Positions 48,905 through 62,075 of a stretch of 64,000 bases of DNA are shown piece after piece. The position numbers and the translations under genes were made by a program. Numbering within the stretch: position 1 is the first letter of the stretch; the number at the start of each line of letters is the position of its first letter. The notes beneath the pieces were generated by a model. The model ran no database searches. It was not told the origin of the DNA and was given only the letters and a program-made list of their open reading frames with translations. The DNA lies in assembly GCA_950097015.1 (NCBI GenBank), contig CATNEN010000001.1:27094001-27158000 (forward strand). The letters are read 5' to 3'. This DNA is from Macrostomum hystrix. Lineage: Eukaryota; Animalia; Platyhelminthes.

Positions 48905-51559
48905 GAGCTCACTAGTAGGTTCCAGCTACTTTTTTAATTCAGTTAGCTTTAGCTTATTTTATTCTATACTTTTATACTCGTACTGTTCATACATTATCAA
49001 ATGCTAATAACTTTGTAGGTAGCTTACACCTACAAAGCTAGGAGTAAAGCTCTCAATGAACACTTCTTAATGCACTTGTAGTCAATCTTAATTTTCTGTA
49101 TGCTAAAAATTCAACGGCTCTTTCTAAATACATTTACTAATGGGGATAGATTCCCCCTATAACTTTAGCATATCTGTAGATAGCAAATTTCAAATCGCAA
49201 TATACTAAAACAAAAAATAAACCCCATTGCTATGCTTGCTAATTGTCTGTTCATGATTTCTACATGATATTTCAGCTAAACGTACATGTACGAATTTGCA
49301 TTAATGTGATTGACAAATGACCTTGGCAGTATCAACATGTGCAATTATTACACTTATTATAAATTCTGCCACTTAACATTCCATGCAAGTAGGAGAACAC
49401 GAAAATACCTAATTCTAGTATTGTCGGCAAATAAGCGGTAACGTGGCGGCAAAGCGGCAGTTTGGTGGCTTGACGCTAGCGGGCCGCTTAGCGGGCCGCT
49501 AGCGATTCGTGTAACATGCCGCAAGCGGCCCGATAGCGGAATATTGGCGGCTGCCGCTAGCGGGCCGCTAGCAATTTTCCCAGTGGGTGTTAGCCATGTT
49601 TTTAGGACCGAAAAAGCCTAACTAGAAGTCATTTTTAGACGATCATTTGTATTCAATTTTTGAGCGCACCTTTTGCTGTATTCTTGAGGGTAAACCTATG
49701 CGTTTTCAGTTACAAGTTTTTTCGGCTGTATTTGATCTACCTGCACTTACGAGTTTTAAATCATGTGCAATTCAATGGGAAGTTTAGCTGCTTGTATTGT
49801 ACTGCTCCTGGTAACAGTGTGAAGGTTGGGTCCGGCTGTTCACGGAAGTATCCGACTTCATTTGAATCCGTATCCCATGAGACTTACCTGTCACGCGTTG
49901 TACTTGTATCCCTTTCTGGGGAAAAATATATTTTTGGAGTTAAAGGAGAGTCTGTTTTAACGAAGTATGTGAAAATTCCTGAGAGAATTCTGCTAGACTC
50001 GTTGCACTTTGTGTATGAGAACTGCTGCGGTACCCTAATAAAATACTTGTTTGATGGATCATATCGAGGTCGATCTTTTTTTCTTGGCCGAGCAACAGAT
50101 TATTTTCATGGTATTTTTCAAAAGGCAAAAGTTCCTATTTCATTAGTAACACCATTCAACATAAAATTGCGCTCCAGCTGGAAAGCTAAGGACTATTCGT
50201 TTGTAGCGAAGTACTTTTTTCGGTTTTCGCAATTCACCTTTTGCGTCGCAATAAAAAATCCTGTGCTATTTCTCTACTGTCATTTTCCCTCAATTGCCAC
50301 ATTTCAAATTCTACTAGTTGTTCCCAGCAATTAATTATGGTATCAGCAATTATTTACTTCTTTATGTCAAACTTAGGTGACGTTTTTGACGAATTCATCT
50401 ACACTTTAATTTTCACTTGCTCTATCACCTGCCTTCTCAGCTAGAAAAATTTGTTCCCTTGCATGGATATTCCATGTCTACTTTTGAAAGCTATTTTTCA
50501 ACATTAAAGCTTTTTTTCACAAGGCACACGATTTTTTATAAATCAAATGTGCGAAAAGCTTCTTTCAAAAAGTGTTGTACTTTTTGTATTAAAGCAGGAG
50601 CTTCTTCCTTCAATAATAGTTTGTCCCATTTGTTAAATATATATTTTCCAAGTGGCTGTGCTAATGAATGGGAATTTACCTAATATGCTGTCAAATGCGG
50701 TAACCCTAAATTTTATGCTTCTTGTCATCCTAAAAACCAAAAATCTATCGTATGCTGTCCAACTAAAAAACACTAGCTTTTGTGTCGTTTCTGAATTTAC
50801 TTATACTCGTAACAGTCAAGTTCTTGCTCGTGTTAATTATTTAGATGTACTAAATCTTTTGCGATTTTTTTAGACCTTGGTGGTGAAACTGTATCGAGTG
50901 AGCTGAAAATACTATCTAATGCGTTCTTTTTCGTTTGTAGGCCATCTGTGAATTCCTGTACAATCCCAGTATCGGATTTTCTTTCTCCGTGTCTTGTTTT
51001 TGAGGATGTTTTTCTTCCTGATCAGGAGGTCCTATTTGTTATTCCTGACAGCAGTCGCCATGAATATGGTTGATCACATACGTGTAACAGTTTGACAATA
51101 TTTAATCCACGCATTAAGTCGCATCTAATAACCTTTATGAATCGTAGGGATAAATTCATTCATAGACTCATTCAAAAAACAAATAAATTCATTGACGTAA
51201 AATCCATTGCACCAAATTCATTGAGTATATAAATTGCGTCGAATTTACGCAAAAAACATCTTTCGGTGTGCTCTCAGTTACTTATTCATTTACAAAAAAG
51301 TGGTCGATCTTCAAGTGTTGCGCTCCATACATACTACTTGTAGTAGCAATATCTGATAGCACAAATTGCGGAAATTACAATTTGATTGCGATAATAATTG
51401 CCGAGATTGCAATAAGATTACAGAAATTTTACAAAAATTGCAATTATCTTGCACAATCAGATTGCAATTATTGAGCAATTATTGCAAAATTTTTGCAATC
51501 GTGATTGCAATTTTTGCGCAATTTTAGCAATTTTGGGTGTCTGGGGACTACTTCAATCG

Positions 51560-53800
51560 GCAGACTGCCGAACGTCTACAGGATAAGGTCGTGTTTGTGC
51601 TGATATACGTTCTTGGCGAAAGAGGCCAGGAGCATCTCAAGTAGTTGCGCAGAAGGGATTGTCTCCTTGAAAAAACGGACAGCGAAGGTAGGTCCGATCA
51701 ATAGTTGCTCTTTGAGGGTGTAATTGCATATACATTAGTGACGAAATAATCAGACCATTTAATCGGCTCATACGTTTAGTTTTCAAACATTTTTTAATTT
51801 TTAAACAGGCAGGCCCTACTTTGAACTGCCCCTGTTGCCGACAAAGAACCAAAGCGCTGATCCTACGAAGGCCAAGCGATTCAATCCCAAGCAAGCTCGA
51901 GTATATGGGAAACAGTACTATCTTCTGACTGTATAGATCGGCCCTTCCGTCTGAGACAAAGGATGATTATATGTTTCCCGACCAATGGCTAGTACCGCCT
52001 CGCATTATCAATTCTCAAGCAAGCAAATTTGGGGGCACCTTATTGATGACTTTGTTTAACACCGGAATATTGACAAAGTCAATTGTTTTGCATTTAAAAA
52101 CTTTTAGAGGTTTGTCAAAAAGCTTATTCGGTCATCCCATAAACCTCTTTAACAGGCTGTCAATCGTGTAAAAGAGAGGAATCAAACACTTAGCCAGTTT
52201 CCACCTGCAAAGCAAGAGACCGAGTTGTTTAGGGACCACTCTAAAAAATGCGGCTGCAGACACCAAAAACGCAATTTGCAACTGACCGCGGAGAAGGCTA
52301 CATGCTTTCTCAGGATGGAACAGCATACAAAGTGGAAGATATTGTGTCTTTCAACAACAAAATCACGTTTTTGTGCCGACCCTATTTATCCAAGCGACCA
52401 TTTCATCGATTTGTTCTTGATTCTGACAAGCTAAATGTATTTCACTTAGAGAAGTTGTCCTCCTGGCTAATCAAAGTTCCCTTGGGAGAATTCCAGTGCA
52501 AACTGATGGTTATTCCGTTGCTGAACAAGCGGAAGTAGTTTGCATGCAGACTGCATCACACATACAATGCCTTCTAGATCAGGCAAACTCTGCTTTGAGT
52601 GACTTGAATAATTCAGATATGAAGACCATTTTTAGTAAATATATTTAGGCAAGTTGTGGTTTTTTTATTGTTGTATTTCTTATATTTTTCGTAAAACATT
52701 TGAAGCGAATTATAAGAGCATGACTGTTTTTTTCTTTGCAGATGTATCCAATTGTCCAATTCGAAGATAGGGAAATAGTTATTTCGACCAGCTGGATTAC
52801 CGAGTGAGGTCAAACTTCCACCTAATGTCTCCGCGATGAACCCAACGGCATTCGTTAGGCTGTTAAGAAAGACCGAGCCACCCCAGAGCGATTAGACAAC
52901 GCATCCAATTTTGTCAGTTCAGTGGTAAGTATAAAATATTGATTGTTTTTGACTTCCTAGTTTTTGAAAGTATTTATATAATTCGCAAAATAGGTTTCGA
53001 AAAAAATGCTGTTTTTCGTTTCAGATGATCTAGAACATTAGCTGTATTGAATGAAAACATCTAAATCTATAGGAACTTACTCCGATACAGATGTCAACAG
53101 CAAAAGAAGACGCGTTTCTGTTGACTACTTGCGTCGGGATGGCGAGCCTAAAAAGAAAAAGCCAAGGCAGAAAGAATCTGCTGAGTTTCCTACACCCCCA
53201 GCAAATGTTGCCATGGCCCTTGCAAGCAGCAGTGCAGTGGGCTGCACTCGGCTGGCTTAAGCGAGAACAACGCGGATAAATCAAGACGCGTACCTGTTGT
53301 CTACTTGTGTCTGGATGCCGAGCCAAAAAGAAAAGCCAAGGCAGAAGGAATCGGCTGAGTTTCCAACACCCCCAGCAAATGTTGCCATGCCCCTTGTCTG
53401 GGCAGAAGTCTGGGCAGCACTCGGCTGGCTTGAGCGAGAACAACGCGGATAAAACAAGGCAGCACCAGACGCCCTCAGCATCTGGCTTCAGCGGGGATTG
53501 CGCCGATGAAGCAAGGCGGAAATAGACGCCTGTGCGGCACTCGTCTGGCAGGAGCGGGGACTGCGCTGATTAATCGGGGCAGCACCAGAAGCCTCTGCGG
53601 CACTGGGCTGGCACGAGCCGGGGCTGCAAGACAGACGCTGCCGAGCATGAATCAATTCCACCTGCTTTTGCATGTCAATGCAAGCATTTAGAAAGTAAGT
53701 CTGCTATAAGGTCTTCCAGTGCGCTCACTCGATGCACTGAAGCAATTTGTCAAGCAGGTGGATGAGGTTCCTGCTGTGAAGGCAGCCTTCGTAAGTTTTA
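51560..53800 (+). pseudogene. Further decayed CMC transposase C-terminus and accessory-gene exons
   Basis: FxFxNF...KKLIRSSHKPLxQAVNR remnant at ~52087-52150; many stops; ~180-bp tandem duplication at 53100-53455. Confidence 0.55.
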
Positions 53801-53989
53801 AAATGTGGGCCTAAAATCTAGGAAACTTGTAATTAATTTATTTATTCGTACTCATAACAGCTCCAGCAGTTAGCTCCGCGGACGGAGACCCACCCGAAGC
53901 TAACCGATGCTATTACAACAATGCTGCTCTGTACGGCCACCCCGACAGTGGCCGTACAGAGCAGCACTTCAGCACTTCAGTATGGAAGG

Positions 53990-55085
53990 TCGCAAGCGCA
54001 AGCCGCTTCGAGCTCTCGGACAGAGGAATCTGCCAGTAGCCCTTGCAGCAGTCTAGCTTGGATATGAACTTGGCCTTGGCGACTCGCTCCAGCAGATCCA
54101 CGATGTTCTTTATTGGGTAGAAATCGAAAGCCACCAGCTCATTCAGCGCTTTGAAGTTGACCGCAAATTGGACCGAGCCGTCCTTCTTGGCTACTAGACA
54201 GACAGGGGAGTAGTAGTCACTATCCGATGATCACTCCGAGGTCCAGCATGCGTTGGATCTCCTCTTAGAGCACTTGTCGATGCGCCTGCGGCTCCCGCCG
54301 CGGCCGGATGCGCACAACACGGTCAGATGTCGTCCGGATTCGGTGCTCCACCAGGTCGGTCCTACCCGGCATCTCACTGAAGACGTTCGAGAAGTCCTGC
54401 ACCAGCTGCTGGAGACGTTCCCTCTCGTCCGGGCTCAGGCGGTTGGACAGCGCAGGAGCACCCGTCGTTGCCGCTGACAGCTGCATCAAAATCGACTCTC
54501 GCGCGTTGTATTTCTTAAGCAGATTGATGTGGAACGTGTTGGTTGCCGTGCCAATCTGGATCCGATAGTTCACGTCGCCGCACTTCTCCAGTACTTCATA
54601 GGGGCCGCGCCATTCAGCGTGAAGCTTATTGGTTGACGATGGCAACAGCAGCAGCACCTGATCTCCGGGCTTCAGCTCTCGTTCCCGCGACTTTCGGTCG
54701 TACCAGAGCTTTTGGCGCTTCCGAGCTAAGTCTTCGTTGCTCCGTGCTTCTTCCTGGCCGGCACGCAGCCGATCTCTCTGCGGCCAGCACGAAGGAGATT
54801 ATGTCTTTCTCTTCGGAGAGCTGCTCGTCCTAGGTCTGTCGCAGGAAGTCTAGCGGTCCTCGTACGGTCCGTCTATACAACAGTTCGAAAGGAGGGAAAC
54901 CAGTTGTGTCGTTAGGCGCTTCTCGGATGGCAAACAGTAAATAAGGCAGGTACTGGTCGCACCTCTTTTTCTCGCGAGCTGGCAGCCGCCTCAACATAGT
55001 CTTAAGCGTGGCGTGGAACCTCAACATCAGCGCCTGGCTTTGCGGGTGGTACGGAGTCGACTGGATGCCTTTAACTCCAGTGCAC
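53990..55085 (-). pseudogene. Gmr1-like Gypsy pol fragment (integrase upstream of RT)
   Basis: In reading order: STPYHPQSQ...LLFAIREAP..TGFPPFELLY, WRGPYEV, FSNVFSEMPGRT..EHRI, then RT YPI...FISKLDCCKGYWQIPL. Confidence 0.85.
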
Positions 55086-55924
55086 CGGTACAGGGCAGAT
55101 ACAGAGCAGGGCTGGCCCACATCGGCCAACAGAGTGAGCGTACGTGGGATAGGAGGGGGCAGCGGCACGATAGATCACGGCGAAGCCTGATCTAGATATA
55201 GTGGATGTCGAGGTGGCGTGGATTGCCGACGAGACGGTCTGTGCGGACAGCGGTGCAGGTCCTATGAGTAGAGCGAGGGAAGGCAAAGAGACCTATTATG
55301 GAAGAAGTGGGGTGAAACAAGTTGTTAAGAGAGACCTTGGAGCGAAAGAGGTTAAAGTGATTTGTAAGCTGAATAACACTAGTCAGGTCATATTAGCTGA
55401 CAAACGAACAGTTGAGGGCCAGAGCCAAAACTTGCGATCTATTTATTATGCACAGACTGGTCGATGAATGTACACTGATTATTGAAACGATTTGATAGGT
55501 TGAGGGCTGAAACATGCACTGACACGCAGGTGCATATGCGGTGAGTAAACACGGCTAGATAGCGCACGAGAGAAAGGGAGTAAGATAACATAGAAAGTAA
55601 ACGAGGCCTAAAGCATAAAAGTGCAACCGCAAACCCAACATGATTGGATTAGTTTGGAACTGGAGGGGCTGCAGCGAGAAGAAATCTGATATGTGGCTTT
55701 AAAGGATGGGGGTTCCGAGTGGGGTCCGAAAGCTTGCAGCGCTCCTTGCGCTTGAAGGGTCAGTATGGTGAGCGGAGGTGTTCCACCGCAGAACTGGGGT
55801 TCTGCGGTTCTTCCGTACAGGGGCCTCTTATTTAAGCCTCTCCACTGTTTGGTTGTTAATGTTTGCCCTAGAACACAGACTAGACAGTTATCATCAGACG
55901 TCAGAGAGCGAAGCAGCTAACACT

Positions 55925-56550
55925 ATGTTCGACGAAGAAAGTGAGGACAGCTTTGATTCCATCGACGAAGTTAAAGAGCCCGTGGAACGAGGGCCACATG
56001 CCAAGATAAACGACGAGAAGTACGAGCTGATTGTGAGCGCAATCGAAAGGCCGATCAAATATCGCGCGATGGCTGAATGTGAAGAGAAAAACTGTTACTT
56101 CCATCAGAAGACGATACGAGCTGACGGGCCGCCGAGATCGGATCCTGCGAGGTGGTGACCGGGTGCCAAAGATGGAGGTGGAGCATATGCAGCTGCTGCT
56201 GGCATCGTTGGACGAAAAACCTCTGCTGACATTGAAAGAAATGCGACGCTTACTGCAGGACAGATTCTTGGCCTTGACTTAAGTGAAGCCACCGTGAGCA
56301 GGGCTTTGGACAAGCAGCTCATCACCCTCAAGTGCCTTGGTCGGGATGCCGATGTTCGGGTGGCCTGGAACACTCCCGAGAACAGAGCGCGCCGACAGGA
56401 GTTTGCCGAATGACTGATAGGCCTGGCACCAGAGTGCCATCTTATCTATGTTGATGAGAACGGCTTCAACATCTGGACGCGTCGGTCGCGCGGGCGCAAT
56501 CAACGGGGTCAGCGAGACTGGCGCGTGCTGCACACAACGAGGAGTGCAGG
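55925..56550 (+). pseudogene. IS630/Tc1-like transposase fragment
   Basis: HTH-like LTLKEMRRLL...LSEATVSRAL and first catalytic block LIYVDENGFNIWTRRSRGR; stops and frameshifts, truncated. Confidence 0.7.
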
Positions 56551-59538
56551 TGAACGTCCCTTTGAAAAAATGCGACAAAGCCGAAGCCACAGTTCCGTTT
56601 CTGTTTATATACCGTACACAGTGGCATATTAAATCTATGGGGCGGGACTAAATGCGTGTCCGAAGGATCAAATCAATTGCCCTATGGTCATACTTTTGGC
56701 CATAGACAACTTGAAAATCGGCCTGAAAAGCTTGTATTTTGCCACTGTGGATTAAATCGAATGCTTGAAGGATCAACTGGTCTGCAAAAAGCTATATCTG
56801 TATAGCTGCATTATCTATATTCAAGTCAGAGAGCAACTTATCTCATCTTGCTTTAATTAATGTTTAGGGTTATTTTAGGTTTTAGGCTAATTTACGTCGA
56901 GGGCCTAATATGGGCCGTTTTGCCAGTTTGAGGTCACAGGAGGCACTGCTCTGGCAGTCCAAGGTGCCCACCCGTTATGACGCTGCCCCTCGTGGGGTTA
57001 GCTGACGGGGCCCCATTGTGACGTTGTGACTTGGTATGCGTCTTCTCCGTTGATGTGGCCCTTTGAGTTGCACTGCAGCTCTTTCCGGTCGCTGTGGACG
57101 AGATGGTGCAATGGCTCGTTTAGTGCTCAATTGGATAGCTATTGTAGTGAGCCACTGCTTAGGGGCCTATTGGTGTCTCACTAGCTGTCAGTAGCCCCAC
57201 CTGCAAGGTAGCTTAGGTGCCCCCTTTTTTCTAGCATTGAGTGGCTGCCCGGCCCGCCCTCTCTGGCGTTGTCTGGTCTGTCCCTCTCTGCCCTTCCCTT
57301 CCCGGCGGCGCCTGCACTTAGAGTGTGTTGTCTCTTCCCCCCAGGGATGAGTCATCACCTCTTTGTCCCGCGCTGGCTTTGTTGTTCCTTGTCCTTTTCT
57401 TTGTGTGTGGTTGTCTGCACTCAGTCAGCACGTGATTCTCCTCATGTGACTGGCCTCTCTCTTTGTCTTTTAAAGTGCAAGTAAACATGTTTACTGCACT
57501 TGGGGCTTTATTATGGGACAGGAGCCTACGTAGGAGTGACGTTTCTGGCGCCTCTGACGTCAGTTGCTATTTTTAGAAACCACGTGATTCCATCACGTGT
57601 TTTCTAACTCTGCACTGACCCTATGGGAGGCCCCTGCCTATAAAAGAAAGCTCCCCGCTCCTTATAGCGCTTCAAGTTTTGATATCTGTTCTTCTTCACT
57701 TGTAGTTTTCCTATAGTTTGTCTAGCGGTTTATTGCAGTCTAAAGGTCTTGAAGGCTATAACTCCTAACGACTATCGAAGCTCAGTATTTCGGCTGCTCG
57801 TAGTGATCTCTCTGGATCGTTATCGCTGATCCTACTTAAGAAAGAACGCAAACACAATGATTTTCTAGTTTATCTAAACGGAACTCGAAGTGAGTCTATA
57901 ACTAACTGGAGCGGCGGATCTTTTCCCGCGCTCCGCACCGATATATATATTATCTTTAAAACCCCTCGATTCGAGGGGGGCAATACCGTAGCAACATCTG
58001 GCGAGAGAATTTATGCGGGTTGAGGTCGCAGCCTCTAGTCTATTACAGTCATTAATCATTGTGCTACTTGGTTGGCAGGCACGCCAACCCCTCTCCTATG
58101 GAGGGTGGGTAAAATTCTTAAAATGTCTTAGCTGAGTTAGGATGCGTTCCTCCCTCTACTGAGATCTCTTTCCTATTGTTCGTTATCCCCTCTCCTTTCA
58201 TCGATCCCGTCGTCTTGTGCGATCCCGGGCTCCTCCAGATCTCGTTCCCGAACAGGTCCGGGCGGCTCCAGTTTCGGCTGGGTTGGGTCGATGCAGGCAG
58301 CTGTGGGTCGGGACAGGCCGGGTTGATACCAGCAGCTCCACGTCAGCGCAGCTGCAGGTCCGGTCTCGGGTGGTTCCACGTCAGCACCGCCTCGGGTCCG
58401 GTCTCAGGCAGCTCCACGTCAGCACAGCCGCGGATCCGGTCTCAGGCAGCTCCACGTCAGCACCGCTGCTGCCCTGCCGCGCTGGGTTTGTGCTGAAATG
58501 ATTAATTGATCTCAGGGCGGGTTTTGTCTAATCATTCTCCTTTCAGTTGCTCGCTCTTTCTGCTGTTGCTATTTTTAGTTTTAGTTACCAACTAACGCTC
58601 ACTTGGGCGTCGCCCCGACGCCCAAGCCTTGGCTTGGCGAGCGGCGCTACGGATGACGCATTTCATCCAATAGCCCCGACGCCTTGTGGCCGATGGTGTG
58701 TCGTCGGGCCAACTTTCCTCCACGAACCTCTCTAGCTCCGTTAATATTCCCACCAGCCGGGCCCACCTGCGGTTGTTCATCTCCGTCTGGTGGATGACGG
58801 ACTGTTGAGTTCGCATGGTCCCGATGAGTGGGATGTTGACTGTGTTCATTGCTAGAAATTAGGATTATGTTTCGGATTCCGGTTTGAATGTTATATTTTT
58901 GTCTTTTAATCCTAAGTTCTCTGTGGCATACTTGTTGCGACTACCTATCTATTGTAATTGATGTTTAAGTTCAATTGAAATTAAGTTAAACAGAGATAAG
59001 TTATGAGGTTTTCCAAAAAAACCGAAACCAAAATACGATGTATTGATTGCGAATATACGTTCCTTGAGATCTCAAGTGAATAATAACATTTCTGGGACTC
59101 TCAGGACAATAACATGACTTAATTCATAGTGTTGTAATGGTTATAGCAATGCGTCATGTGGTTATGATGTAGTGTGTTCTGATTTGGCTGTTTCGTTCAC
59201 TCTTGGCAAGCTGAATTCTTGACTCTAGTGTGTTTGTTGTCTGTGTCCTATCTTTGTTTACTGAGGCAATGGTTGGTTTAGTCCACTCTGGCATGTGATC
59301 TGTGTGGCATTGTACTTTAGGTCTCGAATATGGCCCGGGGCACTGATGACTCTACTTTCCATCTCTCGTGATGTACATTGGGGTCCTTTCTCCGCGGCGG
59401 AGGGGATGGCTGTGATTTCACTTTCGAGTCCCCGTGCCTTCTGAGGCTGGGCTATATCAATGTTTTCCCCGGGGTTCCCTGCTTATTCTAAAGTGACTGT
59501 CTTCGCCTTTTTGGTTCTCGGCTAACTCGCATGTTTTA

Positions 59539-59796
59539 ATGTCGCGATACGAACTCACTCAACTCACTGAGCTCTCGGCCTTTCTAGAGGCGCGAATCAG
59601 TCGCCTTGAAGCCCGCCTAACCGCGGAGGCATCGCGCACTGCCTCTCTTGAGGGCAGCATGTTGACTGTTCGTGGACTATCTGGCGGTCTCGGGGCTGGA
59701 GGCCTAGTCCTATTAATCTTGGGCCTAATTATACTACTTCTTTGCTGCCGGCGACGTCGGGGCCCCCCGGCCGAGTCCATCACCATGACTGTTTGA
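59539..59796 (+). CDS. Small single-pass membrane protein (85 aa), antisense within a Gypsy 3' region
   Basis: Heptad N-terminus, Gly-rich TM segment GGLVLLILGLIILLL, CC, RRRR, C-terminal TMTV; AATAAA at ~59981. Confidence 0.55.
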   Translation: MSRYELTQLTELSAFLEARISRLEARLTAEASRTASLEGSMLTVRGLSGGLGAGGLVLLILGLIILLLCCRRRRGPPAESITMTV

Positions 59797-60290
59797 CCGG
59801 CCTCTGATTGTTTTTAATGACTTTTTAAACTTCTTGCTGATTTTTATTTTTTCGTGTCTCTGTATGCCTGTTGGTTTGTTGTGTTTATTATTGTTGGCTT
59901 TCTTTTATTAACGATTGATGTGTAATTGTTTGTCGTGTTAGAGTGGATGTAATAACCAAAGTGCTGATTGATAGTTTGTAGAATAAAACACTGAGTGTTG
60001 GATCATGGAATTTGAGTAGAGCTTGTCTTCGTGCTTCTTTATTATTCTAAGCTTAAATTCACTTTGATTGACGGGCCTGGCTTCCCCTAGTTCACTGGTC
60101 CGATGCTTCAGGTAGCGAGGCGCTTTCCCAAAGTTCTTTCCGTGAAACTGGTTCTAGCCTCAGGATTGCACCTGAGTGAGAGTGTCACAATGATAGGACT
60201 TCCGGTCGAGACGACCCATCTGTCTTAACATTGTGTCAGTGTCTCAGCTCTCGTGTCTCCTTATGCCCTTACATTCACGTCCCTACATTC

Positions 60291-61055
60291 TTACTGACGA
60301 GTAGGCTCTTGCGAGGCTTCCAGTGCCGCCTTTAGCTGTGGCCACTGTAGCAACGCCGGCGAATACGTTCGAACTACTAGCATCTTCATTTCGCGGCAAC
60401 TACTTTGAATTCCATGATAAACCAACGCATTGGACAAGTAATTAAATAACTTAGTACATATCACATTAGGTTGCGGGCCCCAAGGGTGGATCAGATTGAC
60501 GGATAGCGTACGGCAGAGTGCCTTAATTATGACGCAGGTAAAGGCGTCTTGTTCTCCATAGTGAAAGAAAATTGTTGTACGGTTACGTAGAATGTTATAG
60601 TCAGAGAGGAGCCAGATGGGGTTATTGTCTTCAGCCAGGATGCGCTTTGTGGTCAGATGTGTTACTACGTTAGCTGGGATTCGTGGCGCATCCAGCATCT
60701 CCAGGTGAATGTCAAATAGTTTCATCTCACCGTGCCGATTAGGCTTGCTCTGGATGGGCTGTCTATCCATGAAGTAGTACAGCTCCGTAAATGAAAGGTA
60801 TTTTTCTCCCCATCTGTGGCTCTCTCTCAGCACTGTTGGGCACTGCGGCAGTCCGTCTCTGGATTTTCTGATCCCCCATTGGGCTTGGAGATGTCGCCGT
60901 TGCTGTTCAGTGGCGGCGCTGTTCCTAATGTTCATCTCCTTCCCGACTGCCGTGCTTGGTTCTGCCGATGCAAACAATGGCTTGACCAATGTGTAGGTCG
61001 TAAGCGGCTCATCGATGGTGCAATCATCCACTGTGTCTAGCTCCGTCGAATACAT
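60291..61055 (-). CDS. Extra ORF (254 aa) downstream of Gypsy pol; C-terminal half resembles an inactive RNase H1 fold
   Basis: Intact ORF 171 bp after the pol stop; NLIHPWGPQPN...LSNAL...MLVVRTYSPALL pattern. Confidence 0.55.
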   Translation of the reverse strand: MYSTELDTVDDCTIDEPLTTYTLVKPLFASAEPSTAVGKEMNIRNSAATEQQRRHLQAQWGIRKSRDGLPQCPTVLRESHRWGEKYLSFTELYYFMDRQPIQSKPNRHGEMKLFDIHLEMLDAPRIPANVVTHLTTKRILAEDNNPIWLLSDYNILRNRTTIFFHYGEQDAFTCVIIKALCRTLSVNLIHPWGPQPNVICTKLFNYLSNALVYHGIQSSCREMKMLVVRTYSPALLQWPQLKAALEASQEPTRQ

Positions 61056-61226
61056 CTGATTGTTCGAGGGTGGGTTGAATATTTGTGGGTGAATAAATGG
61101 TGACTAGTGATGCAGAGTAATATAAAATATATATAATTCTAAATATCAGAGCGCACACCAACAAGGTAATAAATAGTTAAAATGTAAAATTGTCCGTCTA
61201 CTTCCTCCCTTTCTTGACTTCAAATG

Positions 61227-62075
61227 TCAAGGAAGTTTCGCTTTGCTCCTCAGATTGTACTTCTTCCGAGCTGTGTCATCCTGCGCGTCCAGCTCCTCTA
61301 CCTGCACGCTCACTTCCTTGGTGAATCGCTGTCTTGGCTGTCGCTGGTGACGCTGTGGGTCGCTCGGTCTGAGGTCCGGAAGCATCACATGTGGTGCTGA
61401 CGTGGCCATTGGTTTCAGCCTGTCGGTGTGCACTTGAAAGGACTCCTGATTTGGATTGTCGATTTTCCGGATTGTGACTGAAGTCTGGCTGCTCCTCTTC
61501 ACAATCTCATAGGGTCCTGTAAATTTAGCTTGGTGCTTTCCCTGTCTCATAGGAATTTGCAACATAACTCTACTCCCTACTTCCAGTGTAGTCGGTTTGC
61601 GGTTTTCATTTGCTTTTCCGGTATTCTTCTCTTGTGCGACCTGCAGGTGATGTCTCGCTATTTCCCTGGCTAGTACGACGGCTTCTTTCATCCTAGCTGC
61701 GAATGATGGCTCGTCCATGTACTTTACCAAGTTCAACTGAGTCGTGAGTTGAGTGGGCATCTGAGGTCTCCGCGCAAAGACTAACTCGAATGGAGAGTAG
61801 GTCGACGATGCTTGCTTTGCAGTGTTGTAGGCGAACATCGTTGCCTGCAGGTATTTGTGCCACTGGTCCGGATTCTCGGCTGTGTAGTGGCGTAACATGT
61901 TGTGGAGTGTAGAATGCAGTCGTTCCACATGATTCGCTCGAGGGTTATATGGGGATGTCAAGATATGTTTGATCCCCAGGATTTCTTAGGCTTCGGCTAG
62001 TAGAGTTGCTGTGAAGTTCTTTCCATTGTCCGTGGACATCTCCATCGGGATCCCAAAAGTACAGAACACTGTGAA
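61227..62075 (-). pseudogene. Ty3/Gypsy integrase core and GPY/F C-terminus (5' truncated)
   Basis: FGIPMEMSTDNGKNF, TSPYNPRANHVERLH, MFAYNT..YSPFELVF, KFTGPYEI; one in-frame stop near 61988. Confidence 0.9.

Larger units (their letters stand above)
43449..49587 (+). mobile_element. Apparently intact autonomous CACTA/EnSpm (CMC) transposon, 6.1 kb
   Basis: Ends CCCACTGG...CCAGTGGG, 2-bp TSD TG, GCTAGCGGGCCGCT subterminal repeats, two intact ORFs. Confidence 0.9.
41300..51545 (+). pseudogene. Decayed CACTA/CMC transposon (accessory ORF ~41300-42420; transposase ~42620-43448 plus 49590-51073), interrupted by a younger CMC element
   Basis: LLTDGCSIF..SSLWLVQAQVLNLPP..ENMLM continues as LAMFLGPKKPN after the insertion; NHVQFNGKFSCLYC, LDSLHFVYE; right end AATTGC repeats then ...TGTCTGGG. 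Confidence 0.75.

Noticed and set aside
56870-58150. 3' LTR of the minus-strand Gypsy element
   Set aside because: Promoter-like motifs and a candidate PPT (~58088) exist, but I could not fix both TG...CA ends or a TSD, so it is not annotated.
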